A DNA stretch of 64,000 nucleotides, from NCBI RefSeq assembly GCF_037042905.1, contig NC_087245.1, forward strand, positions 11,534,001 to 11,598,000. Direction: 5' to 3'. The notes under the pieces were generated by a model. The model saw only the letters and a list, made by a program, of their open reading frames with translations. It had not been told where the DNA came from and ran no database searches. Source of the stretch: Lytechinus pictus (Eukaryota). Position 1 is the stretch's first letter. Every line of letters starts with the position of its first letter. A program made the translations under genes and the position numbers. Shown in pieces: positions 50,999 through 64,000 of the stretch.

Positions 50999-53900
50999 TT
51001 ACTTCACATTCATAGCTCTGTTGAATGTCACAGATGTGGTAGATAACAGAACACCGCTGTTTGGGATATTATCGTTTTCGTCCACAAATAACGACGCAAC
51101 ACCCACGTGACCATGACTGTCCGCGGCATTGACATCCATGTTTGATCCGCGCGACGATGTTCCAAAGCTGCTTCCGCTGCCGTTGCTTGAGGTCGAGGCT
51201 ACGGATGCTGCCCCTGGTGTGGAGGGCGCTGAAGGAAGCGAGTCGATTCCGAGATAAGCTACGTGTTGCGGGTTGAATCGAGGACATTCAAGACTTGACC
51301 GATGTGTGTCTCTTGCTGTTGAGGTAGGGAAAGTCTGGTTGCATCCTTCACACGAATATGGCTTTGCTTCACCTGAGAAACAGAGTGATAGAGAAAAACA
51401 GAGAGAGAACGTAAAATTATGTCATACTGAGATGCCAGTGGACTGTGATTGGTCAAAAGTGAAGAAAAAAAAGTTTCCCTCTACGTCTTTAGTAGGCAAA
51501 CTTGGGGGGTTTTTTTTGCATATGGAAGTGCCATTTCGAATGCAAAAACATGAATCCCACCAAATCGTCTTTTTCATTTGAAAGAAAAAGATATGTGCTA
51601 TCTTCAAGTCCATGAAACCATTTTGGTTCGATAACGATGAAGAAAATGATTCCTATTCAGAAAGGACTTAGAATATTTGTTTCAACTGAGGTGCACGATT
51701 TCTTACCTTCATGTATGCTGAGATGGAACTTGAGTTCATAGGACTGATTGAAGGCTTTCCCACAGAACTGACACACACATGGTCTTTCTTTGGCATGGGT
51801 TCGGCGGACATGACTGTCATGGGCTGCATGTGAAGCGAATGCCTTGCCACAGTGACGACATTTGAAAGGCTTTTCACCCGAGTGTTGTCTGAGATGGGTT
51901 CTGAGGATGCTGGAAGCTGTGAATGCTTTGCCACAGTATACGCACTTGTATGGACGCTCACCGGAGTGCACACGGAGATGCTTGTTGAGGCTTGATGACT
52001 GTGGGTGACGAAAAGAAAGAAAATCTCATAAATGTGGATAGCATAACCTTAAACCAAATAAATCAACGAATTCGGAATATCCTTTGCAGTGCAGAACATC
52101 ATACTTTTCGTGTAAATTCGCCATTAAAAATGATTTTCAAAGGAAAGAAAGAATCCAACTTCATGGAAAGATATTTTGATTTTGAACCTTAACAAATATG
52201 TGTGCGCGGATGTGTGTGTGTGTGTGTGTGTGTGGGAGAGGGTGTGTGTTTAGTGTGTGTGTTGGGGTATTTTTTGTTCATATATTATTACGTCTGGCAT
52301 TATCCTTTAATAATTATGTAGTTTTCACTTTCACGACGCATTCAAGAACATAGAAAATATGTTGTCATATGCCCTTCATAACAGCAAGAGTCTTTGTCGA
52401 AAATTGGTAAATCAAAACTGGACTCTGAACAAACGAAATATATGCAATTTTTCGTCAGCCCCGAAACTTAGGTCGAAATTTTTGTTCTAGTTCACCAATT
52501 TTTGACAAAGACCTTTCAGCTATTTTCATTTGACAGGCATTTTTCAATACATTTACTGTGATGAGGATGCGAAAGCGTCCTAATATCACCACCAAAAAGA
52601 CATGGACATGATGAAGGCACAATAACAGATCAAATTAATCATGACATGTATGTGGGGGATATTTATTCAGTCATACCTGTGAAAAGCTCTTTCCACACAC
52701 AGTGCACTTATGTGGTCGATGTTTCTGATGTACGTGCAGGATGTGGATTCGAAGCCTATCTCGCTTTTCAAACGATCGCTTGCAGAGGTGACAAGGGAAC
52801 TTCCTATCCCCCTGATCCACACACCGTGTGTACTTGAGATGTTTATCACGGTAATCCTTGTAAGCAAACACCTTTCCACAACGATCACATTGGTATCCAG
52901 CAGAATCTGCATGAGGGAGGTGTAGAATAATACAAATATATTTGAAAACAATCTAAAAAAATGCAATCATTTCAATGTGAAAATAAAACAGTTGCGTTTA
53001 AAGAAAATAAAGAAATATGATGCAAGTTAGTGGGTTCTGTGCATCCTATAAATTATGATTTTCAAAACAAGGATTTACATCACGGCTTTTTAAATTTCTT
53101 ATTAAAAAACTTCATATCGATTAGGATTAAATTTATAGTTTCATACATGCATTGTGCGTGTTATCATTGTTTAGTCTGAAGAGTTTATTTTAATAACTTT
53201 CACTTTTGTTTATAAACCTCGTCAACGATGATCCATTATTATCGAGACTCGTCAAAATAAAGACATTCAATTTTAATACATAATTAGGCTTGCTCAGACT
53301 AATCAATGGTAAGCGAAAGTTCCCCATGGGGAAGGTCGTGTTGGGTGTTTTATTGATGACTATTAAAGGTCTCATAAACCACTGACTGATGATGACGATC
53401 AAAACCGAAAGAGTTGTATGCCTTTATGCTTTCATCGAGTAATGTTCTTGAATTATCATGATATATTTGATCATCATGTAAGGCGATAACAACAACGAAC
53501 ATGTCGGTATTATCTTTTAACAAAAATTAAGCGTATTATATCCTAATAGAATTAATTTGAATAAACAATAATTGGTTTTAAAAACTGAAGAAAATGGTGA
53601 TATGACTGAAACTTAAAAAGGTGGGCTTGATGATAAAGACTATTATAATCTTGTTCCGTCCATGGGTGTAACAAACTACTAAAAATGGGATGGAAATACT
53701 ATAATGGAATGAATAAGAATTAGACAATCATTTAAAGGGAGAAGTAAAAAGGGATAGAGAATGAGATAGGGTTAATAGGTGAATATAAAATTAAAAGTGG
53801 AAACGTGATAAGAATTTACACTAACCGTCGATATTCTCGTCGTTGCCTAAACTTGTTTGACCGCGGTTGGCGTCCTTCAGAGCAATGGGTATGCCCATGA

Positions 53901-56900
53901 ATTGAAGATATGAATCGCCATACCAGACAAGAAGTTCTGTACCCTGTAATTAAAACAGAGAACAATCATCATTAAATTTTTTTTTAAATCAACGATGAAA
54001 AAAATTGGAATCTATAACAGAGAAAGTAAGTAGTATGGTCTCATTGTGTATGCTGTTGTATTTTTTTAAGAAATCTTATTTTAGAATCTGCATGATCTCG
54101 GAGTAAAATAGTCAAATATTGTTTTATTTTAATTTGTCGAAGATATAAATCGCCATCGTCATTTGCAAACTTCAATGGGTTACATCAAATTAAGGTTACT
54201 CATGAGTTTCCATCGCTATTTCTGCATACGTGATATAAGCCTACTATTATATGGGTTTTGGTAGGATTCCCATTAAAAGATAATATTTTAATGCATTCAT
54301 TATTATTTCTCCTCTCTATTTCATCTATAATTGGGAGAATTATTCAACATTCGGAATATATTTTGAGGGTAAAATCACGCTCCTTCTTCTTGGTATGATT
54401 ATATAGTATAACCAAAAAAAAATAACACACCATCACGTTTCGGGGAAAATCAAAGCTTCCAGGCCTACTAGTTGAATTAGATTTACGAAGGTCCAATTTG
54501 TGTCAAAATTGATAGAATTATCCCAACTAACAAAAACACACTCATTTACTTTCAAAACTTTTTAATAATGCACCATCGTTCGTGTCTCACCCGTGGAATA
54601 TCTTTGCAGGCTTCGTAGTATATTTTGTCGTCAACTTGAATCGCGATGAGATTTTGTTCTTGGGCGTAGCGGGCGCACTTAATCAAACTCATCCACGAAA
54701 AGGCCCCTTGACGACCGTCAATGAAATGACTCAGCTTTCCATCTTTGAAAATCTACATAATAAATAAAATAAAAAGAACAATTCTCATAAAGCCAAAAAT
54801 TAAAGAAGAAAAAAAGCGCCCGGACATGGAGAATGGATGAAGGATGGTGGAGTGGGGGTGACGAGTAACCCCTCAAGGAGGGAGAAGGGGAGGATGGAGA
54901 AAAAAGACAAATGAGATAGGTTTCAGGTCGATTAGAGCAGTCCTGTCTGCTCAAATGACAAATTAATAAGTAAGTATGAAGGGCAAGTCTCTTTAAATGG
55001 CAATCTAATTCATAGCCGAGTGCATATTAATCGATAATCAAGAAACTTTGACAATTTCGACCTCTAAAATTGCTGCAAATTTGAAGTTTAGACTACCCTA
55101 CAATATCTGAACAAACATGTAATCAGGTGCGAGTCCTGATCGTATTAATGGTGTATAAAGCTCTCAGATTCAGGCGCAAATTGTGGAGTTTAGTACGTGA
55201 CTTACACGCATTTATCGTCAATCGGAATATTGACTCGAATGTCGTCGGCTCCGAAATTCCTGATTAAATTCTCGCTAAAAGCTCTTCAAATCAGATTGCC
55301 AAGGAATTATGAAAAAGAATAAAATGTAAATATTGATATGATGTGAAACCCTCACGTGTTGACTAGGAGCAAGCTATAAGTGCACGTGTAGAGTACAAAT
55401 ATAGAGCGAATAAGAATTCATGTCGAAATTAACGTGTGTATAACATGTGTCAATTTTCCGTCATGCATGCTCAGGGATATCGATTTTGGAGATAAAAAGG
55501 TAATAAGAGGGATGAAATTGGATAGGAAATTGATATGAAATAAATCTGATGTGTAGAGAAGAGAAAATGAAGAGGGGGAGATGGAGGAATGGGGGTGGGA
55601 GGGGGCTGGTGGTTAAACGTATTAGAAATTGTAACAGAAAATGAAAGAGAAAGATTGTAGGGGAAGTAGAGTAGATAACATGATTATATTACTATTACCA
55701 TCATCATTATCAATAATACACACTAAGGTTTCACTAGAATTACTGTTTCTCAACAACGTAGGTGTTTAGTCACTCCTCAAACTCTCACAGATATTTAAAA
55801 AAAATCATCAATATTACTATAACTATTAAAATCTATGTATAACAAATGACCCATCATTCATGTCATCTGGTTGGTTATATAGATGACAACGTTGTCCTGT
55901 GATAAATCACGAGTTTGCATTTATTTCTGCTACCGATCTATGCAGGTATCTTACCACGGAAGTAAGATAATTTGTGTTTCGATCTCACTTGACGACTTAC
56001 CCTCTGCATTGTATCATGACGAGTTTTAATCTCACATGATTTAAGCATCGAACCTCCACGTAAGACAGATATTGCAGATATTGTCATCCGATTCGATCAA
56101 ACTTCGGGGTTTCAACGATGTCCTATAGCTAATGCCATCGACTGGTATAATATCACTGATCTGACTTTGAATTTGATAATACCTTACCTTCCACATAGGG
56201 CTGGTATCATCTGACTGATCTGACTAGGTAGATCCTTTTTTTTTTAGTTTTTGTTCTTTCATGGCGTCTTACCTTCGACATAAGACTGGTATATTATCAT
56301 GCGATTTTTAAGTTTGTTTTAATTGCGTCTAACCTCCCATACAAGACCATGCCGACGTAGGGTTTTAAGTGTTTTTTAATAGTATCTTACCTCCCACATA
56401 AGACTGGTATCATCATGTGATTTGATCTCACTGGGGTGTACTACTCGTCCAGTAAAAGGTCCAAACCGAGTTCCTTTCAAGATCACTGTCTGCTGACAAA
56501 AAGCACTGTAATGGGGCGATATGGATCCGAAACTCGATCTCAAAATAGACAGGCCTGTCAATGAAAAATAATTTTAAAAAAATATAGACATTATCAATAA
56601 CTAAGTTTTTGCGTTTGTCATGTACTGTATGAATATCTTTATTGTACATAATTGGTAAAAATTATGGCAGTCATTAATTACGACAGAGAAATAGAATTGT
56701 GCACCTTGTCAAGAATGTTGTTTGCTTTGTTTTTAGATGTAGAAAATCGATTCCTTCCTAATGCATTTCGTATCGTTGCCCGGTAAAACGTTATAGTCCA
56801 AATGCAAAGTTTAAGGGAATTTCAAATTCCGTAGGATATTTATCATGGTTAATGGCTGCTGTAAGATGCTTGAAAGCGCCACCTCATGTCTATGTCAGTT

Positions 56901-59900
56901 GCCACATTAATTCGTTTGTTTGTCCGAGACAATTTCACTCTTTAAATGATTGTTCGTGTATGTTCTCAATTTAGTATCAATAGGCCTTTCAATATTAGCA
57001 CTGATGAATGATACGATTCAACTTTCTATTTATACCTACCCTCTGGGAGATCTCCTGCATTGATATCACCTAACTTCTGAGAGAGAACCTGAGATTTCTT
57101 GTGTTCGCCTGGAATCGTTTCCACTTTCGAGATCGTCTTTGATGTCGATGGTGACGTCGAAAGCTTGTTGTCTAGAAAGGAAATTGAAAGAAAGAAAGAT
57201 CCATGAAATCACTGAGCTACAGTTGGCCTTTTGTAATGCATACTTTTCATATTCTTTTCATTAGATTTCATTCTGTTACTAGATTTATGTTATGCGACTG
57301 CATTATGACATTTCACAGATATTGAAGTACATAAGCACATTTCATAATGACTATTTCAATTGACATTCACTGAAATAAAATAAAAATGTGGTAAAAAATC
57401 AAAAGATTGGTTGAAATATGAACCTCCAATTGTTATAGAAATATAGATTTTATTTGCTTTACAAACAATTAAGTTTCAAAAACACTTGGTACCTTTATAT
57501 TTCAAACAATAAAATTCTAAGAGTATGGAATCATCACATATTCCTCACGCAATTATGTAAATGTTGCTTATATAAACAAATAAGTTATCTATAATAGAAT
57601 TGTTCGAATAACTATGGAAATATAGGTTACCAACATTTTTTAAATTGCTAGGCAATCGAGGAAATTGACTAAGTTTTAGTAAATAACAGCACTTGACTCA
57701 AACGATCCCTTTTGAGGGTGTGTGTGTGTTTCAGAATCCGAAGGACATGCAGTGAAAACGAAAAGTAAAATAAGAATTTTCGTAAGCAAAATGAAAAACT
57801 AGTCCAATCAACTGGCAGACATGACTTGATCCCACCAAGATTGCCCATGAATCCTAACTCAAAGTTATTACTTCTAACGAAGCCTGCATGAAACGGCTTT
57901 AAGTTAGTCTAGCTAATTTCGATTTCCGTACATCAGTGTGAAAGAAGATACAACTATTTTAGTTAAGACATACTCAAATTATATAGATCTTCTCTCTATT
58001 TGCTCCTGGAGTTTGCAGGTTTCTTCTATGAGGCTTAACTACTGAAATACTCGGCAAGGGTTGGATAAAGACAAGATTATTTAAGAACGGCACGTTAAAG
58101 ACGCTTTCCTACAAGGACATGGTGATTTATCGAGATAAGGCTTAGAGAGTGAAGGCGTCCAATAGTTTGTCATTTATCTATCTCTTTGTAGTTATACCGT
58201 ATGTAATTTACCTGTGATATATTTAAGCTAGATCTAACATTTCCTTTGTGAATCATATAATTGGAATGTTTCCTGTGATTTAAAGTACGATTGAAAAGAA
58301 GGATGAAGAAGATAAATTTCAGTCAATTTAAATCACCAGAGTTGAATGAATTTTACTAAACAAATGAGAGGAAATTGTCAGGAGTACAATTCCCATTGTA
58401 TGTGGATACAATGTGTATGCCATTTCAATTAAATTAAATTTTATTTTTGTTGTTGTTATACTACCATTCCATAATTGCCGATATCGTTACAGTACTCGAG
58501 AACTAATATAGATTCGAATTTCCAACTTGTGTCTAAATCAACAAATTAATAATTCTTCTTCACAATTAACTTTTATTTACTTTACACTATACTTATCTCA
58601 AGACCTTTACCGCAAAAGGCTTTCGATTGATTGGCCTGATTTTTATTTAACTAAATCTTTAATATAAACGTGAAAAAATCTGATTTTATCAGGGTGTATC
58701 TTCATGTTTATGTAAAGAAAAATAATATGATATCGATCATATATGAGGGGGAGAAAACCAGAAAATCACTCCGAATTACTGCTATAGTGTTGCGTTACGT
58801 ATGGTTTACCATGGATACTGTTATTACCAAGTGTGGATTTATGGGGCAATTAATACTTCAAACTCTGCAGATACTTGGTTATACCTATATAGGAAACATA
58901 TGTAATCCGTTCAAGTAAACGCCTCCCTTTTCATAATTGAAGGAGGTAATGATCTCTAAGAATTAAAAAGGGAAGTAATACCGTGGCTTAACTTTCACTT
59001 ATACAAAAGGGTTTAAATCTCGGTTTGTTCAGGGTAATAAGAAGCACCTGTGTTTAGTAGTAAATGTCGTAGTTTCAGGAAAGAGTGAAAGTAAAAAGGG
59101 ATTGGCGGTCTCGATTGTGTCATTTAAAAGGGCTTTTTCTTTCTTTAATCATCCAATTGTTGAAGGTGTTGTGGAGAAACCGAAGCAAATCGATACTCAT
59201 TATTACGGTCACGTTGGATGATTGGGTTGCTTGCTAAAAACACATCTATGGTTAAATAGTTTGTTATGTGGAACGTTTTATACTGACAGGAAATGAACAA
59301 TAGACAGATAGAAAGAGAAATAAAAAACTCCACGAAACAAAATATCGCAAATCGCTATCGAAAATGAATTAATTTCAAACAGAAAACAACTCATGTCAGA
59401 AAATAAGTGTAAATGTATAAAATAAATTGACATTAAGAATAGGAAGACAAACAAATAGCACAAGGAATAGGAGTGTGTTATAGGCGATACACCAAATCTG
59501 TACAACCATGAATAATACATTGGGTTATTACTTCGAAAAGAGAAGACCGCAAGAGTTTGTTATCTTTCTTTCCGTAATTGTTATTCGTAATTTACTCCTA
59601 TATGAGATGAGAATTGTTTATTTGATGAGTAATGTAAACGATTTATTCAATCAGTGCGTCCTCTAAAATTGATTGCAAATAAATCATGTTAAAGGGAAAT
59701 AAAAATGTCCCTCCAACGCCACAATAAGACAATGTAAACCTTACTTGGATTCGCAACAGGGTCATTCATTAAAACGATCATGTTTTTCCTTCGTCATTTT
59801 CGTCATACATGCTCCAATTACATTTATAAAGAGCAGAACGAAAAGGTTTGACATTCTTTAGTTTTCACCGTTTTGAATGATACCCGTATTTCGATACCTC

Positions 59901-60904
59901 CGATGGCCAGGCAGAGAAAAGGCAAACATGATTAGGTCTTTGTATTCATTCAATTACTTCCAAAGGGGGTCATCGCTTTTCAATCCCATTATAATGCTGG
60001 GCAGTTCGACTACCTGTAACACTATTCTAACGGCGAGACACGCACCTCTTTTATAATTGCCGCAAATCGCCTCTTTTCAGCCAAAGTCATGCTCTTAAGA
60101 GGTCTTCTGAAGAGTGAAAAGACTATAATCCACTCTTTTCTACCCAATACCTGTCCATGTATTCTTTTGTACCCATCTGCTCGCACGCAGCCTCAGGCTT
60201 GGCTCGGGCCGAGTAAACATCATCGGCCCTTTACAGGTATCATCTCCAATCATAAAAGCGCCATTGTCAAAAGAAAATTAGGTGTTCCTCTTGCAGCTTT
60301 GTGCCCCTAAAGCCGATGTTTTTCAGCCACATAAAGCACAACAGTTCCAAAAAAAGTCGAAACCCCAGAAAAATAGCCACCAGTTCAAGAGTTGAAAGAG
60401 ACGAGCCACGAATTCAATTTGACGTTAAAGACGTTGGTTTAAGACCAATACTTCGACAAACAAAACGAAGTTACAGCCGGAAAGTGTTAAGTTAAGGAAG
60501 AAATTACATCAATGGAGGTGAAAAGACCTGGGGGCCACAAGGTGAGTTTTGTAATACAAAATCCACATAGTTCCCCAAGCAATAGAGAATAACATTCAGA
60601 AGACGAAATGAACCCCCATTATTTATTCAAAGAGGGGAATGTTCAAGAAATTGATCACAAACAACTGTGTACAAAAGGAACAGTTATTTGCTGTATCATA
60701 AAAACACGTTTGGTCAAAAAGCTGTGAGAGTTAGGTTTATTAATGGCTCGTCACGCACACTGGTAGGAAATAAAATAGTTTCTGAAGATAGCTAGGTTTA
60801 AAAAGTTGGACCGATGCATTCATTATAATCATTTTCATTCACTACGGTATAAAGACAAACTTAGAGATAATATTATTACGCAGAAACAGAAATCTGTATA
60901 CATA

Positions 60905-60943
<39 letters not shown>

Positions 60944-63900
60944 ATTATTATTATTGTCATGATCGAGGTCTTGGAGTCTCGTATTTATCTAGTATTTCAA
61001 AGATCTTTTCTTTTCAGAATTACAACATAGTTGACGAAACCAAGACATATAGTTTCAGGGACCCGTTGCATAAATTTTTTGCCATAAAAAAAACTCTGTC
61101 AAATAAATAAAAACTCTGGCAAACAAAATAATGACAATGAAAATTACACATTAAAAAAGTTTTGCAAAATATTTGCCAGAGTTTTTTATGGCAAAAGTTT
61201 TATGCAACGGGCCCTAGAATTTCAGAGCGAGATATTTTTCAAGTCAATTAAATTTGGCGTAACTCCTTTCATACCTATAACAGTTTTCTAAAATCAAAGT
61301 TTGAAATTGGTAAAGCCTAGCAACATGCGTGAGGGTAAAAACAAAACAAAAGCCTTTTTCGGTTTATTGAAACCTATGAACTGAAAGCGTGACTAAATTT
61401 AAGGACAAATGTGTCGGATGTTAAGAACTATTCATTCCACCGCCATGTTTTGATTCGTTTATGTTTAAAAATCGAAACAGTTATAAGTACTCGCGGTCAA
61501 AACAACAATATAAAGCGCAAAGAGGAGTCATTTTCTTACACAAAGGAAAATATTCCAAACACTTAACCTTCGAAATAGAAACAAGATTAAATCTCTTTTG
61601 ATCAGAAAATTTTAAAGCGGTAATATTCCTGACTTGACCGTACATCATCAGGCTTCTATCATTATTTCGCAGGAATGTTAACCGATGCCAATAATAAATG
61701 GATCAATTCTTGTTTAATCTGACTAAGAAAATTGAACGAGGGCATATAGGGCCTGAAGGTGCGATAATTATTTCGAATATCCTTCCTTCACAACTCGTTT
61801 GTGTACATTGAAAAAGATTTTTGTTCTGCATTATTTAGATCAGCTTTTTTTGTATCAGACATTCAATATAAGTGTTATTCCTCCCTTTTATTCATAAGGA
61901 TTTTGATTACTCTTAGGGATTTATTCTTAGATTTATATTTTTCAGCAAATCTTTGCATATTTTCATCATCAAAAAGCCGTATTTTGCATATGGCTAGCCT
62001 AGTAAAGCCTTAATTTTTTTCGATATCAAATACTAAACTATATTATCAATATATTATACTAAGTTGTCTTCTGGTTTTTTAAATGATTGAAATGACAAAA
62101 TTATCCCAACAAGACATTGATTTGAAAAGACAAGAAAAGAGTGCAAAGTATAGTATTTTTAATGATAATGATGATAAACGTAATAATAACAATAATATTA
62201 TTAGGGATAATAATAATGATTATAATTCTAAAAATGATAATAATAATAATTATTATTATTATTAATAATATTATTATTATTATTATCATTATTATTATTA
62301 TATTATTATTATTATTGTTATTATTATTATTATTATTATAGCAATTTTAACAATGAAACATTACGTTAATATTATCAGTAGTACATGATGATAATATTGA
62401 TAGTAATAGTGACAATAAGCATGCGTGATATATCTCGCATTGCCAATAGGAGGATCTCCAGATATCTCGACGTTCTATGCTCATAACGTTCTTATAACTT
62501 ATATACATGTATTGTCATTTTTTGCTCAAACTTTTAGTTTATGATCATATTATTTGATTTTTGTTACTTTCACACAAGCTAACTTAATCCAAAAGTTTCT
62601 TTCTTCTTTATTATTATAATATATTTTTAGAACATGCTAATGCGTCTAATGATAAGTTATCACTTGCAATGTTTTTGTGAATGTGCGCATGACATATTTC
62701 ATGAATTTTGTCCATTGTTTGTGTTAACAACTGATTGTCTGCCGATTTATTAGATATGTTATCTTCATTTTCCGCTCCCCCTCTCTCTTAATTCCCGTCC
62801 CCTCCCTCCTCTCTAACCCACTCTCATCCCATCACTCTGTTCTATAGTAGTGAGGATGGGGCACTGTGTTCTGCAGACCATCATCTCATGATGTTTGTCC
62901 CATCTTCTAACTGTTGTATTTACTCTCAGTATACTTTCCTATTAGAACACACTCCACCTCCTTAAATCAGGTTAATGGTGTCTTCAAATTAACCTGTATC
63001 CTGGATATTTTCTGGGCCTTAAGTGGTCTTAAAATGGACTGTACGTAAGTTACGATAAACAAAACGAGACAAAGGTTAAGTGAATTAGGTCCGATCTTAA
63101 GAGAGAAACCATTCATAAAAATGTGTGGGTTTTTTCTCTCTCTCTAAAAACGACTATTTGAATGATAAAGCAATAAAGAATATCATGAATATTAAATGGA
63201 AAATGAGATTTTTGTGAACATTCGAGTCGTCATCATCATTGTCATACAAAACACTTTCATCATCATTATCATCCCCCATGATGATGATCATCATTTTCAA
63301 TATCATAATAAAATGAAGAGATGAAATACTATTATAAACTATAAGATTCAAATGGAAAAGAAAAATTGGAAGGGCTAATTCAAGAAAAAATTTCAGGTGA
63401 ATAAGAAGACGATCAAAAGAGAGTGTTATAAATTAACATAATTAAGTAAAGTTGATAAAATGATAATTACAATTTCATTGTAGATTTTCTTTTCATAAGA
63501 GCAAACGAACGCCATCCCATAAAGGTACCGAATGAAAATAAAACTATCATTCAATTAATAATCACCATGTCTACCTATCATTCATATCCTTTTCGTGCAT
63601 TTCTGCATGTCTAGTTCTTTTATTATTTTAGCTCATCTTACTTTTTAATCAATGGTTCTTTTTGTCGATTCCCCTTGATTTTTTGACGTCCAGTTAGGCC
63701 CTTTCTTCTTCTTCTTTCATTACCAGGTCATAATTATATTTGACTTAAATGCATATTCATTGTCACCATCAACGTCTGTTTTTCTTCAAAGATTCCTTAA
63801 GGAAGGAAATTAGTTCTTACCTTTATGCTGAGAAGGGAGCCCCGACATTGCACAACCTGGATACCTCTCTTCCCCGGTACTACCCCGAAGATAACCGTAC

Positions 63901-64000
63901 AAGGCGCACTCAAGATCCGATGCAGAAAAATTGTACTTCTCCCGCTTTTCCAGCGAATCGCTTCCATCGACTCCACCGGAATCTCCGGGTGCCTTCCGCC
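50999..64000 (-). CDS. PRDM14: PR/SET domain zinc-finger protein 14 orthologue; 5'-partial, 8 exons in window
   Basis: Exons (minus strand) 64000-63821, 57171-57040, 56554-56391, 54752-54591, 53943-53826, 52906-52677, 51998-51707, 51372-50999 (TAA), all in phase. PR motifs GTRFGPFTG, LMWEIF, FIDG, CAR..QEQNL, ELLVWYG. Fingers YRDKHLKYTRCVDQGDRKFPC, FEKRDRLRIHILHVH, FTASSILRTH and FASHAAHDSHVRR are recognisably PRDM14. Confidence 0.95.
55945..56432 (-). repeat. Degenerate tandem copies (about 45-85 bp spacing) of a PRDM14 exon 3' end plus donor site
   Basis: Plus-strand motif CTTACCTCCCACATAAGACTGGTATCATC...GATCTCAC recurs in decayed form about 7 times in the adjacent intron. Confidence 0.75.
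61059..61214. mobile_element. Harbinger-like MITE related to 46661-46786
   Basis: GGACCCGTTGCATAAA...TTTATGCAACGGGCCC, flanks CAG/TAG. Confidence 0.75.
62160..62340. repeat. (AAT)n followed by (ATT)n microsatellite
   Basis: Directly visible in the sequence. Confidence 0.9.

Noticed and set aside
62083..62341. Poly-Ile, poly-Asn and poly-Leu ORFs
   Set aside because: Translations of the microsatellite.

Overview
AT-rich, intron-rich animal genomic DNA. The repeat families suggest a sea urchin or other invertebrate deuterostome (inference). Four spliced host genes were assembled by hand, with every junction checked for frame. (1) A 5'-partial pseudouridine-5'-phosphate glycosidase / PfkB kinase fusion gene (+, 14 exons, 76-20545) containing a U12-type intron. 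(2) A two-coding-exon protein with an HCF-1-binding motif and coiled coil but no THAP domain (+, 30676-32164). (3) A somatomedin-B-bearing family-B (adhesion/Methuselah-like) GPCR (+, 38638-43244). (4) A 5'-partial PRDM14 orthologue (-, 50999-64000). Non-coding space holds an intact-ORF CR1/L2-group LINE, a decayed LINE, a Helentron-like element, SINEs, and many TIR elements with 3-, 4-, 6-, 7- and 8-bp TSDs. The most unusual signals are: a presequence-like linker between the two pseudouridine enzymes, an out-of-order perfect exon duplication next to the LINE, an array of degenerate exon-end/5' splice-site copies in a PRDM14 intron, a seventh CCHC finger in PRDM14, and the THAP-less HBM/coiled-coil gene. 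No database searches were run, so no novelty claim is confirmed.
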